NCBI GenBank assembly: GCA_004431415.1
Contig: QPMI01000689.1
Coordinates: 50,723 to 114,722, forward strand
DNA length: 64,000 bases
Reading direction: 5' to 3'
From: Cyanophora paradoxa CCMP329
Taxonomy: Eukaryota > Plantae > Glaucophyta
The notes below the pieces were generated by a model. It was not told the DNA's origin and ran no database searches. It worked only from the letters and a program-made list of their open reading frames with translations. Numbering within the stretch: the stretch's first letter is position 1; each line of letters opens with the position of its first letter. The translations under genes were made by a program, and so were the position numbers. Positions 17,317 to 28,167 of this stretch are shown piece after piece.

Positions 17317-18687
17317 CTATAAATTGATTCTACGAACCCCTGAACCGTCTATAATGAGGAAACTATGCATTAAAGCGCGAACTTGAACATTGATTGTCTT
17401 ATCTGTGGGCATGTAGAGTGTTAGGAATGAAGATGAGGAATTTGTCAGGTCAACAAATCCACTTTGAGCAATATTTCGAATCGCCTTCTCTCCATCAATG
17501 CAGAAACTCATACCTGAAAGGACATATTTATCTGCGACCTTGTCCATGTTAGAGCATTTGAAGGCATCAGCAATAAGCTCAGCACCTTTGAGTAGGGAAA
17601 TTGGCTCAGTGGCATAGAGACGCTGACCATTTATTTCCACAGTGAATGTTATCTCTTTGGAGTTGGCATAGGTCTTAAGAACACTGTGGGAGCCATTGGA
17701 TTTGTCAACAGTCTCATAATCACGAACTGAAACAAGCAGAGCATAGACAAGACCTGAGATTTGAGAGAGGTTAATTCGATTGGGCTGGGCATTGCCCTTG
17801 GCAGGGAAAGCAATGGCATCTACAAATCCAATATCAAGGGAGGGAATAGCCATGCCAGTAGTCTTTACTTTTTCAATTACAGTAGCGAAAAGCTCATCAG
17901 AAACATTAATAGCATGCATGTAAAGGCGAGGAGAAGTAATTGAAATAGCAGGGGTTGTTGCACCAAGACTGAAAGTGGTGATGTTTTGACCAACATGGGC
18001 AAGTGTAGCATTAGCAGTATCACCAAGACCATCATCTTCTGTCTTATCAGCAGCTGTCCCACCAACAACAGGGAGAGAGCGACCACCATAGGACGTTTCA
18101 ACATAACCCTTTCCAGCATCCTTAAACCAAACAGTAACAACCATTTCACCAGATAAAGCACCAAGGGGAAGATAGTGATTTAGCCAAGGCACTGGGATTT
18201 CAACGAAAAATGAGCCACCAAGGCGGTTGGTTCCATGAGCAGGGATGCCATGAACCATGCCCATTGATCGCTTCTTTTTAGCTAGTTGATCCTCCGAATA
18301 ATAGACCAGGGGGAAATGAGCAAGGAAATCAGAAGGGATATGGTAGGTGTAAGATCCATAGGTAATTTCAAGTCGCTGAACTAAAGCACCAACTGGGCGA
18401 GTGTATCCATTGCGAACAAGGTCAGTATCGCCAGCAAAAGTGATAGCTGGAAGGTCGAAAGCAAGTTCGAGTTTTCCACAGAAATTGTAGCGAGGTAGCT
18501 TGAAGGAAATGCGATTTCCGACATTATTCTCAAAAGTATTGCTGGGATTCACAACAACTAGAACTGGCTTAGACTTGGATTCGAGACCAAGCATAAGGGA
18601 GTTATCCAGGAAAAAGGCTTTCGCCTCCTCTGGGGTTGTTAGGGCTTCTTTCAGCGAAAGTCTTTGAAGAGTGGAAGTGATATCCAT
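17317..18687 (-). CDS. Putative double-jelly-roll major capsid protein (456 aa from MDITST)
   Basis: Size, beta-rich pattern (ISFKLPR..LELAFDLP, VEIPVPW..YLPLGAL), position between the ATPase and penton-like genes, and strong conservation in element 2. Confidence 0.75.
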   Translation of the reverse strand: MDITSTLQRLSLKEALTTPEEAKAFFLDNSLMLGLESKSKPVLVVVNPSNTFENNVGNRISFKLPRYNFCGKLELAFDLPAITFAGDTDLVRNGYTRPVGALVQRLEITYGSYTYHIPSDFLAHFPLVYYSEDQLAKKKRSMGMVHGIPAHGTNRLGGSFFVEIPVPWLNHYLPLGALSGEMVVTVWFKDAGKGYVETSYGGRSLPVVGGTAADKTEDDGLGDTANATLAHVGQNITTFSLGATTPAISITSPRLYMHAINVSDELFATVIEKVKTTGMAIPSLDIGFVDAIAFPAKGNAQPNRINLSQISGLVYALLVSVRDYETVDKSNGSHSVLKTYANSKEITFTVEINGQRLYATEPISLLKGAELIADAFKCSNMDKVADKYVLSGMSFCIDGEKAIRNIAQSGFVDLTNSSSSFLTLYMPTDKTINVQVRALMHSFLIIDGSGVRRINL

Positions 18688-18740
18688 TATATTCTCTTTT
18701 ATTATACTGCAACATAAAAAATCTACCAATGATCCTTAAT

Positions 18741-19751
18741 TTATGCGAAGCTTGTAATAACTGGATAGGAAGGGTGAAGCTGTGACATTCTCATCTTAAA
18801 GTATTCATAAACAGGGTCGCCTGCTGGCTCATCACCATAGCGAATTTCAAAGGTCAGATGAACAGGTTGACCCTCAAAATCAATTGGTTCATTAATAGCA
18901 TTTACAATATCAACCGAGAAAGTGGATAATCCAACTTTCTTATTATAGTATTTGTAAAGTGGATGAGCCTCTGTTGAATTGTAAACTACATGCTCGCCAT
19001 AGTCTTTATCAGGGACCACTATTTTATGGAAGTAACCAGTCAGAAGACCATCCCCACATTGAACCAGATCACCCAGCTCCTTTACTCTCACAAACAAAAC
19101 ACTGTCCCTGGTCTTCTCAGGCTCAAAAGAAGATATAATACCGTTTACTCGAGTTCCAGTAAAGATACCATCAGTGAGAGCATCATACACTTGTGATTGG
19201 ATTGAGGAATTGCCATATCTTCCAGGATCAAGACCAAGCAGTCTCCCTGAACTCAATAGCTTTTGAATTGTTTGCAGGTTTGGATTTACAGCAAGTGAGA
19301 AAGCCAGGTAAAAAGGTTTTTCGGAATGGAATACTATTCGTTTCAGTGACTCATCCCATTTGCAGCGAAGAGATGGTTTTGGATTTTTTAAATCGAACTT
19401 TTCATTAATAACATTCACCAGTTGTTGGTGGCTTTGGATGGGGGCTTTGCGACTTATAATGATTTGTTTCCACTGTTCAAAGTCCTCAGCTGGGCGAACT
19501 GTGGGGATACCATCAATTCCAGCTCCCGCATATTGTTCAGAATAGTAAATACTAAATGAATTGTCAATTGTCACATCTCCTACTTTGGTTTCCCCACTCA
19601 CCATAGGGATGCTGTTATAAAATTCGGCTGAGACCAGTCTCACAGCCCTCACATTCTCATAAGAACTTGGGAGTCTAGCCACAAAGCTTGATGTGGGACC
19701 ATCACCAGAGATTGTATTAAATGAGCTAACCTCGATGTAATCCACAGGCAT
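18741..19751 (-). CDS. Minor capsid (penton-like single jelly roll) protein A
   Basis: IEVSS..SSFVARLPSSYENVRAVRLVSAEFYNS ... IDFEGQPVHLTFEI pattern of PLV/NCLDV minor capsid proteins. Confidence 0.72.
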   Translation of the reverse strand: MPVDYIEVSSFNTISGDGPTSSFVARLPSSYENVRAVRLVSAEFYNSIPMVSGETKVGDVTIDNSFSIYYSEQYAGAGIDGIPTVRPAEDFEQWKQIIISRKAPIQSHQQLVNVINEKFDLKNPKPSLRCKWDESLKRIVFHSEKPFYLAFSLAVNPNLQTIQKLLSSGRLLGLDPGRYGNSSIQSQVYDALTDGIFTGTRVNGIISSFEPEKTRDSVLFVRVKELGDLVQCGDGLLTGYFHKIVVPDKDYGEHVVYNSTEAHPLYKYYNKKVGLSTFSVDIVNAINEPIDFEGQPVHLTFEIRYGDEPAGDPVYEYFKMRMSQLHPSYPVITSFA

Positions 19752-19780
19752 TCTTCTTTTATCTATATTTATATATTAAA

Positions 19781-20713
19781 ATGAATCGACTTGTTAATAT
19801 TGATAGCAGGGATAGAAGCCAAGGGGAATCTGAAAACTCTTACAGGGTCACCCTCACAACTCCAGTAGAGAGACCAAGAGAATGCAGGGTTCTCTATGCA
19901 GAGATTCCAAACAGTATCTATAACAGTGTGGGAACTGATCATCTAACAGTTCAGTTTAATTACCAAGATGGTTCATATAACCAAGTGATCACACAACAAG
20001 TGTATCCCCTTCCCAGTGGCTACATCAATCAGGGTCATTTTGGGGTAACACACCCTTATAATTATGGGCTGAACTATTCAAGCTTCCAAACAATTGCAGG
20101 CAAAACAGTAGCTTTTGAGTTCAAGATATTCTACAACCCAACAACCTATAAAGTGGAGTTTTACAGTAACCATGAGTTCCGTTTTATTGCAAGCAACAAG
20201 CGAATAGGGAAGCTTTTGGGTGTGAGTTCTACTGAATACACCACTGGGTATTATAGCACTCCTCCTGTTGGTGGATCACCCTATCGACCTGAGAATCTTT
20301 TAAAGTATGATGGCAAACCTATTACACCTGATCACCCAGCATGGGGAATCACCTTCTCAGGACCCAGACTCTCCTCAAAGCCCTTGCAGTATTATTTCAC
20401 CAGTAATAAGATGTCTGATATGAATGCTGAGCAGTATCTGTACATGCATATTAAAGAGCTTGCCCCCTTTGCCAGCAGACACAATATAATTCCGAAATCG
20501 CAACCACAAAACCAGGGAGCTATCCTTAGATTACAATTGAGTAAAGATATAGGTGGCTATGTTTACCATAGTGGTGAACATGCAGAATTTATTCAAATCA
20601 ATGACAGAAACCTGGTGATAAGGGAACTCACTGTGGAGTTTAAAGATTACTTTGGTGAACTGATTGATATGAATGGAATCGATAATTCGTTTCAGTTGGA
20701 GTTTATCGAATAA
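19781..20713 (+). CDS. Minor capsid (penton-like) protein B
   Basis: NIDSRDR..YRVTL..AEIPNS ... GELIDMNGIDNSFQLEF. Confidence 0.75.
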   Translation: MNRLVNIDSRDRSQGESENSYRVTLTTPVERPRECRVLYAEIPNSIYNSVGTDHLTVQFNYQDGSYNQVITQQVYPLPSGYINQGHFGVTHPYNYGLNYSSFQTIAGKTVAFEFKIFYNPTTYKVEFYSNHEFRFIASNKRIGKLLGVSSTEYTTGYYSTPPVGGSPYRPENLLKYDGKPITPDHPAWGITFSGPRLSSKPLQYYFTSNKMSDMNAEQYLYMHIKELAPFASRHNIIPKSQPQNQGAILRLQLSKDIGGYVYHSGEHAEFIQINDRNLVIRELTVEFKDYFGELIDMNGIDNSFQLEFIE

Positions 20714-22259
20714 AGGCGCCTGTAAAGTCAACTCTCATTGTGGGAGCATTCACATACACAAGGGGATAAATGCGAATATATTTGATTCTGAGAGAATAAC
20801 CTATGTAAAAAGCATCCTTGATGCTGAGAGGAAATCCACTCAATAGAGCCACATCACCAGAGTTGTGAGCATTGTTAATGTTCTCACACATATACATTTT
20901 GTTCTGCCCATCTGATCGAATAAAAGACCAGTTGATCCCATCAGTGGATGTTGCCACATTGAAAGTCTTAATAAAAGCATTGGTGTCCCCTGATCCATAA
21001 GCAACCACAGAGGAGAGTTCAAAAGTATATGGGAAAGCAACTTGAAGGTATTCAGTGGGAGTTTCCCATATCTGTTCAGGAGCAAAGGCTCCAGCTTCCC
21101 AGCCAAATGCTGAAGGTCTAGCCATGAAAGGCTCTTTACCTGTCACAGAGGATGAGGCAGTAAAGGCATCATCTGCAAGCTGATACCAATTGGCATCCAA
21201 AGGAGGTGATGTAGTGAGAGTGGATGAGATGTAAGCCTTTGTAGGGTTCTTTAGTTCATAGTTTGCTACTAGTAGGCTGCAAAGCTTATTAATCATATCA
21301 TTGTTTGCTGCTATGTATGTTTCAGTGAATGCTAGCATATCTGGGATCTTAGATGTGTCATCCAGAGAGCTTACTATATGGTTTGGAAGAGGGACTGATA
21401 GCCTATAGTATCTCCCATAATCCTGATCATAGTTGTAGGGTAACAACTCCTCCATCTTGTCAAGGGCAGAAAGCTCACTTGCAGCCATGAGCATGTTAAT
21501 CAATGGGCTTCCATCTGTTGAGGCAATCCATGAGAGAATGCCCCAACTGTTCACAGTCTCATAAGCATAACCCACATAATCAGACTCTAAATGTGGGTCC
21601 ACCTCTCCACAAGAGATGCTTATTACTATAATATCATCATCATCACTGAAAATCTTCTTTGCATGGCTGTAACCACACACACTGGGATTATTGTTTCCCG
21701 AAATGGCACCATCAATGAGACAGACAAATACTCCCCGATTGAAATCAACAATGCTTACAGGAGAGAAATATGTAGGAGCAGCAGAAGTAGCCCTAGCAGC
21801 AATCTTACAAGGCAGAAAGCTGTAATTGTTATCATTTGTGATAAATATTGGTTTCATATTCTGAGTATCAAAGGATGTAATCACAATGTCCTTTAAGGAA
21901 TCCTGTATTAGTGATTCACCAGTAACTGAGTTGATTGCAATCTCCAAGGGTCCCACATCATACTTTGTATTAAAAAGGGCATTTTCGATTATATTTCGAG
22001 GATTTGCGAAAATCAAGGGCAGTTGAGTTAGGTAAATATTGTGTAAATCGTTTGCTGTCAGTTTAGGTTCACCTGGTTTATCAGGATGCCTGATGTTTAA
22101 CCCAATAGCAATGATCCCACCAGTGGAAGTTCCACTCACAAGATCCACAAGATCGATTATTCTCCTGCCAGTTCGATTTTCGATTTCTTTAAGCAGCCTG
22201 GTTATGATAATGCCCCTTGCACCCCCACCAGAAAGACTTAAACAAAACCTGAGAGGCAT
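20703..22259 (-). CDS. Patatin-like phospholipase fused to an F5/8 type C (discoidin) domain
   Basis: LSLSGGGARG oxyanion loop, GTSTG nucleophile and DGA aspartate. C-terminal YLQVAF..STDGINW..YIRIYP..MRVDF. Confidence 0.88.
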   Translation of the reverse strand: MPLRFCLSLSGGGARGIIITRLLKEIENRTGRRIIDLVDLVSGTSTGGIIAIGLNIRHPDKPGEPKLTANDLHNIYLTQLPLIFANPRNIIENALFNTKYDVGPLEIAINSVTGESLIQDSLKDIVITSFDTQNMKPIFITNDNNYSFLPCKIAARATSAAPTYFSPVSIVDFNRGVFVCLIDGAISGNNNPSVCGYSHAKKIFSDDDDIIVISISCGEVDPHLESDYVGYAYETVNSWGILSWIASTDGSPLINMLMAASELSALDKMEELLPYNYDQDYGRYYRLSVPLPNHIVSSLDDTSKIPDMLAFTETYIAANNDMINKLCSLLVANYELKNPTKAYISSTLTTSPPLDANWYQLADDAFTASSSVTGKEPFMARPSAFGWEAGAFAPEQIWETPTEYLQVAFPYTFELSSVVAYGSGDTNAFIKTFNVATSTDGINWSFIRSDGQNKMYMCENINNAHNSGDVALLSGFPLSIKDAFYIGYSLRIKYIRIYPLVYVNAPTMRVDFTGAFIR

Positions 22260-22302
22260 CTTTTACTTATCAGGAATTTTATAAATCCATATAGTAAAAG
22301 CC

Positions 22303-25300
22303 ATGAGCTTCAATTACCCACCCAATCTAGAAACCATTCAAGATGATAATGCAAGCAGCACCAAGCATGTGAACTTTGATAATATTAAAGTAAAGGGTTC
22401 AGTTTCGATTGACCACAGCTCTGATAATACTTCCAAGACTCAATCAAGGGAGCATGCTTTATCTGTGAATCAAACCGATCCAGATAAGGAGGAAGTCAGT
22501 GTTGCTTTTAGCTTGGGTAATGTGAAAGCAAACCAAGTGGCAGAGATCAAAGCAACAAGAAGGAGACCTAGGAAACTAAAAACCAGTGGCACTCACCCAG
22601 ATATACCTTCTAGGTTTGATAGTGGTCGATTGATTTTCAATGTTCAAGATGAGCAGGGCAAACAGAACACAGCTTTGCGAATTTACAATGAGGGCAGCAC
22701 TGCAAAAGCTGAGGTCCCCCAAGTATTGCAAGTGGGTCCCATTGCCAATACAAATCAGGTCTCCTACACAAATGATGTCTACCCCAAGGATATTACATAT
22801 GACTTTGCGAGGAATGAGCCTTTTGGGTTCTTTACTCCAAAAGATGTCCATCAAAAAAAGCCATCAATTACAATCAACAGTAGCCCCAGTCAGCCAGTAG
22901 CAATCCATTTACACCCTGATTTAGTCGAAATGGATAGGCACCTTTTGCCTTTGTATAGCAATGTGAAAGACCTTGGAATAAGAACCAGGCAATGGCGAAA
23001 TATCCATGGCAGTAATGTGTATGCAAATGGTGAGAAGCTTGTAAGTGAGAAGACCATAAGAGAGATCTTTGAGTATTATGGACCTGTCCCAGTTCCCTTC
23101 CCTCTTCCATGGGATCCACCAGATTTAACACCAAAAAAGCAACCAGGCAGAGAGTACACAGCAGATGAGACAGTTCCTTTTGGGCAACACATTGTTAGTT
23201 GGGAGCAAGTTCGCAATAAACCTATAATTGAACCCAGAAAGCAAATAGATGAGCAGTATTTACCTCCTGAAGTCGACATATTAGAGCTTGATGAATACCA
23301 ATTCGTCCCAGATGAGGAAGAGTATTTACCTGATGGTTTTGACCCACAAGAATATGAATATGATCAATTTGACCCCAATGAGGAGGAGATACTACCAGAT
23401 GGCTTAGATCCACAAGAGTTTGAGTATGAGCAGAACTATGAGCCTGATGAGGAGTATTTACCAGATGGTCATGATCCACCAGCTGTTGACTATGAGCAAC
23501 CTTATGAACCTCATGAAGAATTATTACCAGATGGATTTCGACCTGAGATCTGGGAGTTCTTTCCTGATTATGAACAAATTAATAATAAACCTGCAAAGTA
23601 TCCCCCAGAGGATCACAACCATGATTGGGATGAAATCTTAGGCAAACCTCAAAAGTATCCACCAGAGGATCACAGGCATGATTGGGGAGAAATTGATGGG
23701 ATTCCAGATAAGTTTGCAGCAAGCAACCATGAACACACTTGGGATGAGATCAATGACCAACCAGAATTTGCAAAGGTAGAGCCTCTTGATAACTTGGGGG
23801 TTTCTCTTTACCAGACTTGCAATGTCCCTGAAAGAATCTTTTTGAATGAACACTATGTACATGTGAATGGGACACTTGCAAATTCAGCTATGAGAGGACC
23901 ACTTCATATTAGGACATTACCAGGCTCTTATGATCCACCACCTGAACCAGGAGCAACCATACCAAATATCTTTGTGTCAAGCTACATGGAGGCTGACATT
24001 CCCACAGATACATTCAGAGTCCCAACAGACCCAGCAACCTACCAAAATTTCAACTCTGCTATACAGGTTCATGTAGCAGATGTAAGCAGCTTAGATGGCT
24101 CAAGACCAATGATAGTATTCAGCAGAGATAAATATTCTTATATTCCCATAGTGGGAACTGCAAATGATAATTATGGGAGGGCAGAGCTTGCATGGATTAA
24201 AACAGATTATGGTGGGGTTCTGGAAGCCAATCAGAGGATGGCTGCAAAAAACATTCACAATGAGAACATTTCGAGAGTGGTCACAGAGGATTATCTAGAA
24301 GATCAAGGATATATTGATGAAGGTGAACTCACAAATACTCTCTCTCTTTTTGTGATCAAAAATGACACAAACCTTACAGTCACAAGTAACATTTACACCA
24401 GCAACCTTTATACAAGTAACATTTTCACAAGTAACCTATGGGCAAGTAATATTTATGGAAGTAATTTAGAAGTCGACTATTTGACTGTGAATATTGAAGC
24501 AAACCTACCAAATCATCCTACTTCCAATGTTGTTTTGGATTGGATTGATAACCACACACACACAAAAGATGAGATCACAGATTTTGCACATGATCATTTA
24601 TGGGAGCATATCACAAATCCCCCATTGACCTTTCCACCCAGTTCCCATACTCATTTATGGGAGCATATTACTAATCCCCCCTCAACCTTCCCGCCCAGTT
24701 CACACACTCATGACTACTCAGAGATCACAAACTCTAATCACAGACACATTTGGAGTGAAATAGATGAACAGCCAGTATTCGCACAATTGAATGCAATCGG
24801 AAACGTTTTTAATGGAGTCACACTTTACCAATCGATTAATACACCTGAAAGGCTATTTTTGAATGATCATTATGTTAGTCTCAATGGGACTTTTACAGGT
24901 CAAACAGGCACTCCAATGGAGGGAACTCTTGCAGTAAGATTACCCAGGGATCCAATTGTAAATGGAGTTTATGATGGTGATTTCAATGTAGGAGTAAATG
25001 ATACTTTCCCCAGTATCTATGTTACGAATTATCACCCAGGTGAAACAGGACAAGTAGCCGATTTTTCAGCAGCTATTCAAATAAACGTTACAGATCAAAG
25101 CCCATATGATGGAGCAAGACCTAAGATTGTGTTCACAAGGGAGAAAGTCGTAAACTACCTTCCTGTTGTGGGACAACCCACAGATGATCATGGGAAATGT
25201 GAGATGGCATGGATTAAAACGACATCAGGAGGAGCCTTAGAAGTCAATCAGAGGATGGCAGCAAAAAACTTACACAATACAACCCTTTCAGGTGTGGTCA

Positions 25301-27819
25301 CAGATGATTACCTTACCAATAAAGGGTATCTTACCTCTGCAGATTTAAGCAGTTATACAACTGATGCAGAGTTAACAACAGCTCTTGCAAACTATTTGCC
25401 TCTTACAGGTGGGACTGTCACAGGAACTGTGAATGCTACCACTTTACAAATTGGTGGAACAACAATTCCAAAAGGTTATGATTTCGACCAATTAGATGTT
25501 ATTTCGACAGACAGATCTCCAAATAACTGGACTGTTACATGGGCATCAAGAACAGGGCAAAATGGATGTTATACCACACCACAAAATGATGAAGATTGCA
25601 GTGGTTGTTGGATGAGATGGCTTGTCCCCTCAGGAATGAAGTCGTTTTATATCCAGCATATGCCTTGGTATAATTGCAGATATTTCGATATCTATGGGCA
25701 AACAACTAATGGATATCAACATTTCTTAAAGCGAGTAAATGCCTATCAGGGTATACAACAGGTGAATCAGGATGGAACACACAATACAATCTTGTTTGTC
25801 TCTATCAATTGCGAATTCTACAAATATATTTATGTCCAAGGTCGAAAAGGTCGCATTCATCTCACAGGTGTTTTTGGGTGGAGCAGACAGAGGGCAACAG
25901 ATAATGAATTGGGCATGATCTCTTGGGATAATATTTTTAGTAAACCATCATTTTATTCAGCCGCAGACCTTCCAGGAACGGCAACATGGACAACTAACAC
26001 ATTGTTAAAATCAACAGACAATATAGAAAGATTTTGGTTTGGAAATGGTAATACGACATATATTCGAGGTTATGGAAACTCTGATAATGTTTGTGTGGAG
26101 TTTCGCAATGGCTCCGATTTAGCATTATTAAAATCATATAATAATGGTAATTTATGGGTAGGAGGAAGTTTAAATGTTACTACAAGTGTAAGCGCACCAT
26201 CAATTACAGGAACTACTATAAATGCTACTACGAATCTCCAGATAAATGGGAATGCTGTTCCAAAGCTACACTCCAACGATGGATATGTTGCAGGCAGTTC
26301 TCCACACAATTATTCTGGAAGTTGGACATTTGGGTATGGCTCAGCTTGGGAACCCTATTTTAATTATGGTGGGCATGCATACAATAATGAAGTGGATGAC
26401 CAAACCTCTTCCGCTTGGATTGAATACAATATACCCGATGGATTACACACTGGGTCAGCATTTCTGACTCATTTACCATGGGGCAACACACGAATTTTCG
26501 AGATTTGGGGAATTAATCGACAAGGCAATGCGATTTTCATAACAACTGTCAACAATTATCACCCTTATGCAGGGTCTGCAAATGATAACCATAGTGGTGT
26601 GAATAATGTCCCCATCTTCCTAGGAAACCGATTTGTAAGGATTCGAATTCAAGCAAGAATTGGAAGGGTTCACATTATGGGTATTAGTTTCATGAAAATA
26701 TGGGTTGGGCATAGCTATGGTGGTCACACTGGTTATATTCATTGGAATAATGTGTATAGTAAGCCGAATATACCTACATCCTATCTATCATTAACTGATG
26801 TCACCAATTCGATTGGAAACATTACAGGTTTTGATACTTGGAGTGGAACAGGTTCCTATGGTCTATCATTTAGTGGTGGTTGGACAACAGGTTGGACACC
26901 AACCTACACAAATCCAGTCGATGGATTTTATAGTACCATTTCAGGCGATGAGACAAGTGGTGATTGGGCGCAAATTGAAGTCCCTGGTAACATGAAAACA
27001 TGTCATGTTCAATACCTGTGTTGGACAACTTCAAGATATTTCGATATTGGAGGCTATCGAAATGGGAGGTGGCATCACATTATGAGGGTGAACTGTTACC
27101 AAGCCGTTTCAAATGCAGCTGATTCAGATTGGCATGATGGCTTAACATGGACTTCTTTCCATTGTGATACATTTTCTCATGTTAGATTTGTTGCAAGAAA
27201 AGGGAGATGTCACATTGGCATGATTGGTTGGACAAAAGAAAAAGGAAGAACAGCACCAGCAAATGGTTTTATAAGTTGGGATAACGTTTTTAGTAAAGAT
27301 GCTCGCACAACTTGGGCTACCGGAACTTGGATAACATCAGATGATAATTATGGGAGAGTTTATTTCGGTTCATCATCGACTACATACATTAAAGGTTATG
27401 GTTACGAAATGATCCATTTTAGAAATGGAATTGATATAACAATGCAAGCTTTTTATAATGATGGTAACGCTTACTTTTGGGGATGGCTTACACAAGGAAG
27501 CGACCGTAGATATAAAACCGACATTAAAAATATAACCGGCGCCCTTTCAGCAATCGAGAAATTACAGGGTGTGAGTTATAAAAAGATTGGTGATGAAAAA
27601 CAGAAAGTAAATCTAGGTTTAATTGCGCAAGATGTCGAAAAAGTCATACCAGAAGTAGTAGGTAAAAATCACGAAAACTATTTAACCCTTGCATATACAG
27701 GTTTAATTCCAGTTCTCATAGAAGCTGTAAAGGAATTATCCCAGAAATGCAAAGATTTAACACAAACCTGTGAGAATCTCCAAAGTCAAATAAACCAAAT
27801 TAAAAATGTCACATTATAA
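22303..27819 (+). CDS. Large fibre/spike protein with C-terminal peptidase S74 intramolecular chaperone
   Basis: HxH(D/T)W fibre repeats, acidic LPDG repeats, YLPLTGGT motif, three repeated globular domains, and SDRRYKTDI..GLIAQDV..LIEAVKEL. Confidence 0.85.
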   Translation: MSFNYPPNLETIQDDNASSTKHVNFDNIKVKGSVSIDHSSDNTSKTQSREHALSVNQTDPDKEEVSVAFSLGNVKANQVAEIKATRRRPRKLKTSGTHPDIPSRFDSGRLIFNVQDEQGKQNTALRIYNEGSTAKAEVPQVLQVGPIANTNQVSYTNDVYPKDITYDFARNEPFGFFTPKDVHQKKPSITINSSPSQPVAIHLHPDLVEMDRHLLPLYSNVKDLGIRTRQWRNIHGSNVYANGEKLVSEKTIREIFEYYGPVPVPFPLPWDPPDLTPKKQPGREYTADETVPFGQHIVSWEQVRNKPIIEPRKQIDEQYLPPEVDILELDEYQFVPDEEEYLPDGFDPQEYEYDQFDPNEEEILPDGLDPQEFEYEQNYEPDEEYLPDGHDPPAVDYEQPYEPHEELLPDGFRPEIWEFFPDYEQINNKPAKYPPEDHNHDWDEILGKPQKYPPEDHRHDWGEIDGIPDKFAASNHEHTWDEINDQPEFAKVEPLDNLGVSLYQTCNVPERIFLNEHYVHVNGTLANSAMRGPLHIRTLPGSYDPPPEPGATIPNIFVSSYMEADIPTDTFRVPTDPATYQNFNSAIQVHVADVSSLDGSRPMIVFSRDKYSYIPIVGTANDNYGRAELAWIKTDYGGVLEANQRMAAKNIHNENISRVVTEDYLEDQGYIDEGELTNTLSLFVIKNDTNLTVTSNIYTSNLYTSNIFTSNLWASNIYGSNLEVDYLTVNIEANLPNHPTSNVVLDWIDNHTHTKDEITDFAHDHLWEHITNPPLTFPPSSHTHLWEHITNPPSTFPPSSHTHDYSEITNSNHRHIWSEIDEQPVFAQLNAIGNVFNGVTLYQSINTPERLFLNDHYVSLNGTFTGQTGTPMEGTLAVRLPRDPIVNGVYDGDFNVGVNDTFPSIYVTNYHPGETGQVADFSAAIQINVTDQSPYDGARPKIVFTREKVVNYLPVVGQPTDDHGKCEMAWIKTTSGGALEVNQRMAAKNLHNTTLSGVVTDDYLTNKGYLTSADLSSYTTDAELTTALANYLPLTGGTVTGTVNATTLQIGGTTIPKGYDFDQLDVISTDRSPNNWTVTWASRTGQNGCYTTPQNDEDCSGCWMRWLVPSGMKSFYIQHMPWYNCRYFDIYGQTTNGYQHFLKRVNAYQGIQQVNQDGTHNTILFVSINCEFYKYIYVQGRKGRIHLTGVFGWSRQRATDNELGMISWDNIFSKPSFYSAADLPGTATWTTNTLLKSTDNIERFWFGNGNTTYIRGYGNSDNVCVEFRNGSDLALLKSYNNGNLWVGGSLNVTTSVSAPSITGTTINATTNLQINGNAVPKLHSNDGYVAGSSPHNYSGSWTFGYGSAWEPYFNYGGHAYNNEVDDQTSSAWIEYNIPDGLHTGSAFLTHLPWGNTRIFEIWGINRQGNAIFITTVNNYHPYAGSANDNHSGVNNVPIFLGNRFVRIRIQARIGRVHIMGISFMKIWVGHSYGGHTGYIHWNNVYSKPNIPTSYLSLTDVTNSIGNITGFDTWSGTGSYGLSFSGGWTTGWTPTYTNPVDGFYSTISGDETSGDWAQIEVPGNMKTCHVQYLCWTTSRYFDIGGYRNGRWHHIMRVNCYQAVSNAADSDWHDGLTWTSFHCDTFSHVRFVARKGRCHIGMIGWTKEKGRTAPANGFISWDNVFSKDARTTWATGTWITSDDNYGRVYFGSSSTTYIKGYGYEMIHFRNGIDITMQAFYNDGNAYFWGWLTQGSDRRYKTDIKNITGALSAIEKLQGVSYKKIGDEKQKVNLGLIAQDVEKVIPEVVGKNHENYLTLAYTGLIPVLIEAVKELSQKCKDLTQTCENLQSQINQIKNVTL

Positions 27820-27822
27820 TAA

Positions 27823-28128
27823 ATGGCGACCTATCCACTTGGTGGAACCACCTATTCTACTGAGCCAGTTGCGCTTTCTTTTGATACAATCACCCTTGTA
27901 AACGCATTACAAACAGTTGAAAAAACGATTCAGCAAACTAACAAGCTCTCACCAGTTGTAAATGAGTATAAAAACCTCTTGGTTAATGTCCTTGCCAAAT
28001 CTGCATATGGTGACCCTGTAGCTAAATACACTGAATGTGATAACAACATTAAAGCAATGACATCCAACCTGCAAGTTCTTTCAACTGTTTACCAATCCCT
28101 TGGATCGAATTTAATCACTTTGGCTTGA
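27823..28128 (+). CDS. Hypothetical helical protein (101 aa)
   Basis: Tightly packed after the fibre gene; absent from element 2. Confidence 0.6.
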   Translation: MATYPLGGTTYSTEPVALSFDTITLVNALQTVEKTIQQTNKLSPVVNEYKNLLVNVLAKSAYGDPVAKYTECDNNIKAMTSNLQVLSTVYQSLGSNLITLA

Positions 28129-28167
28129 TTGCAGTTTATTTTTCTTTCCTTCTTAGTAAAAGAAGCA

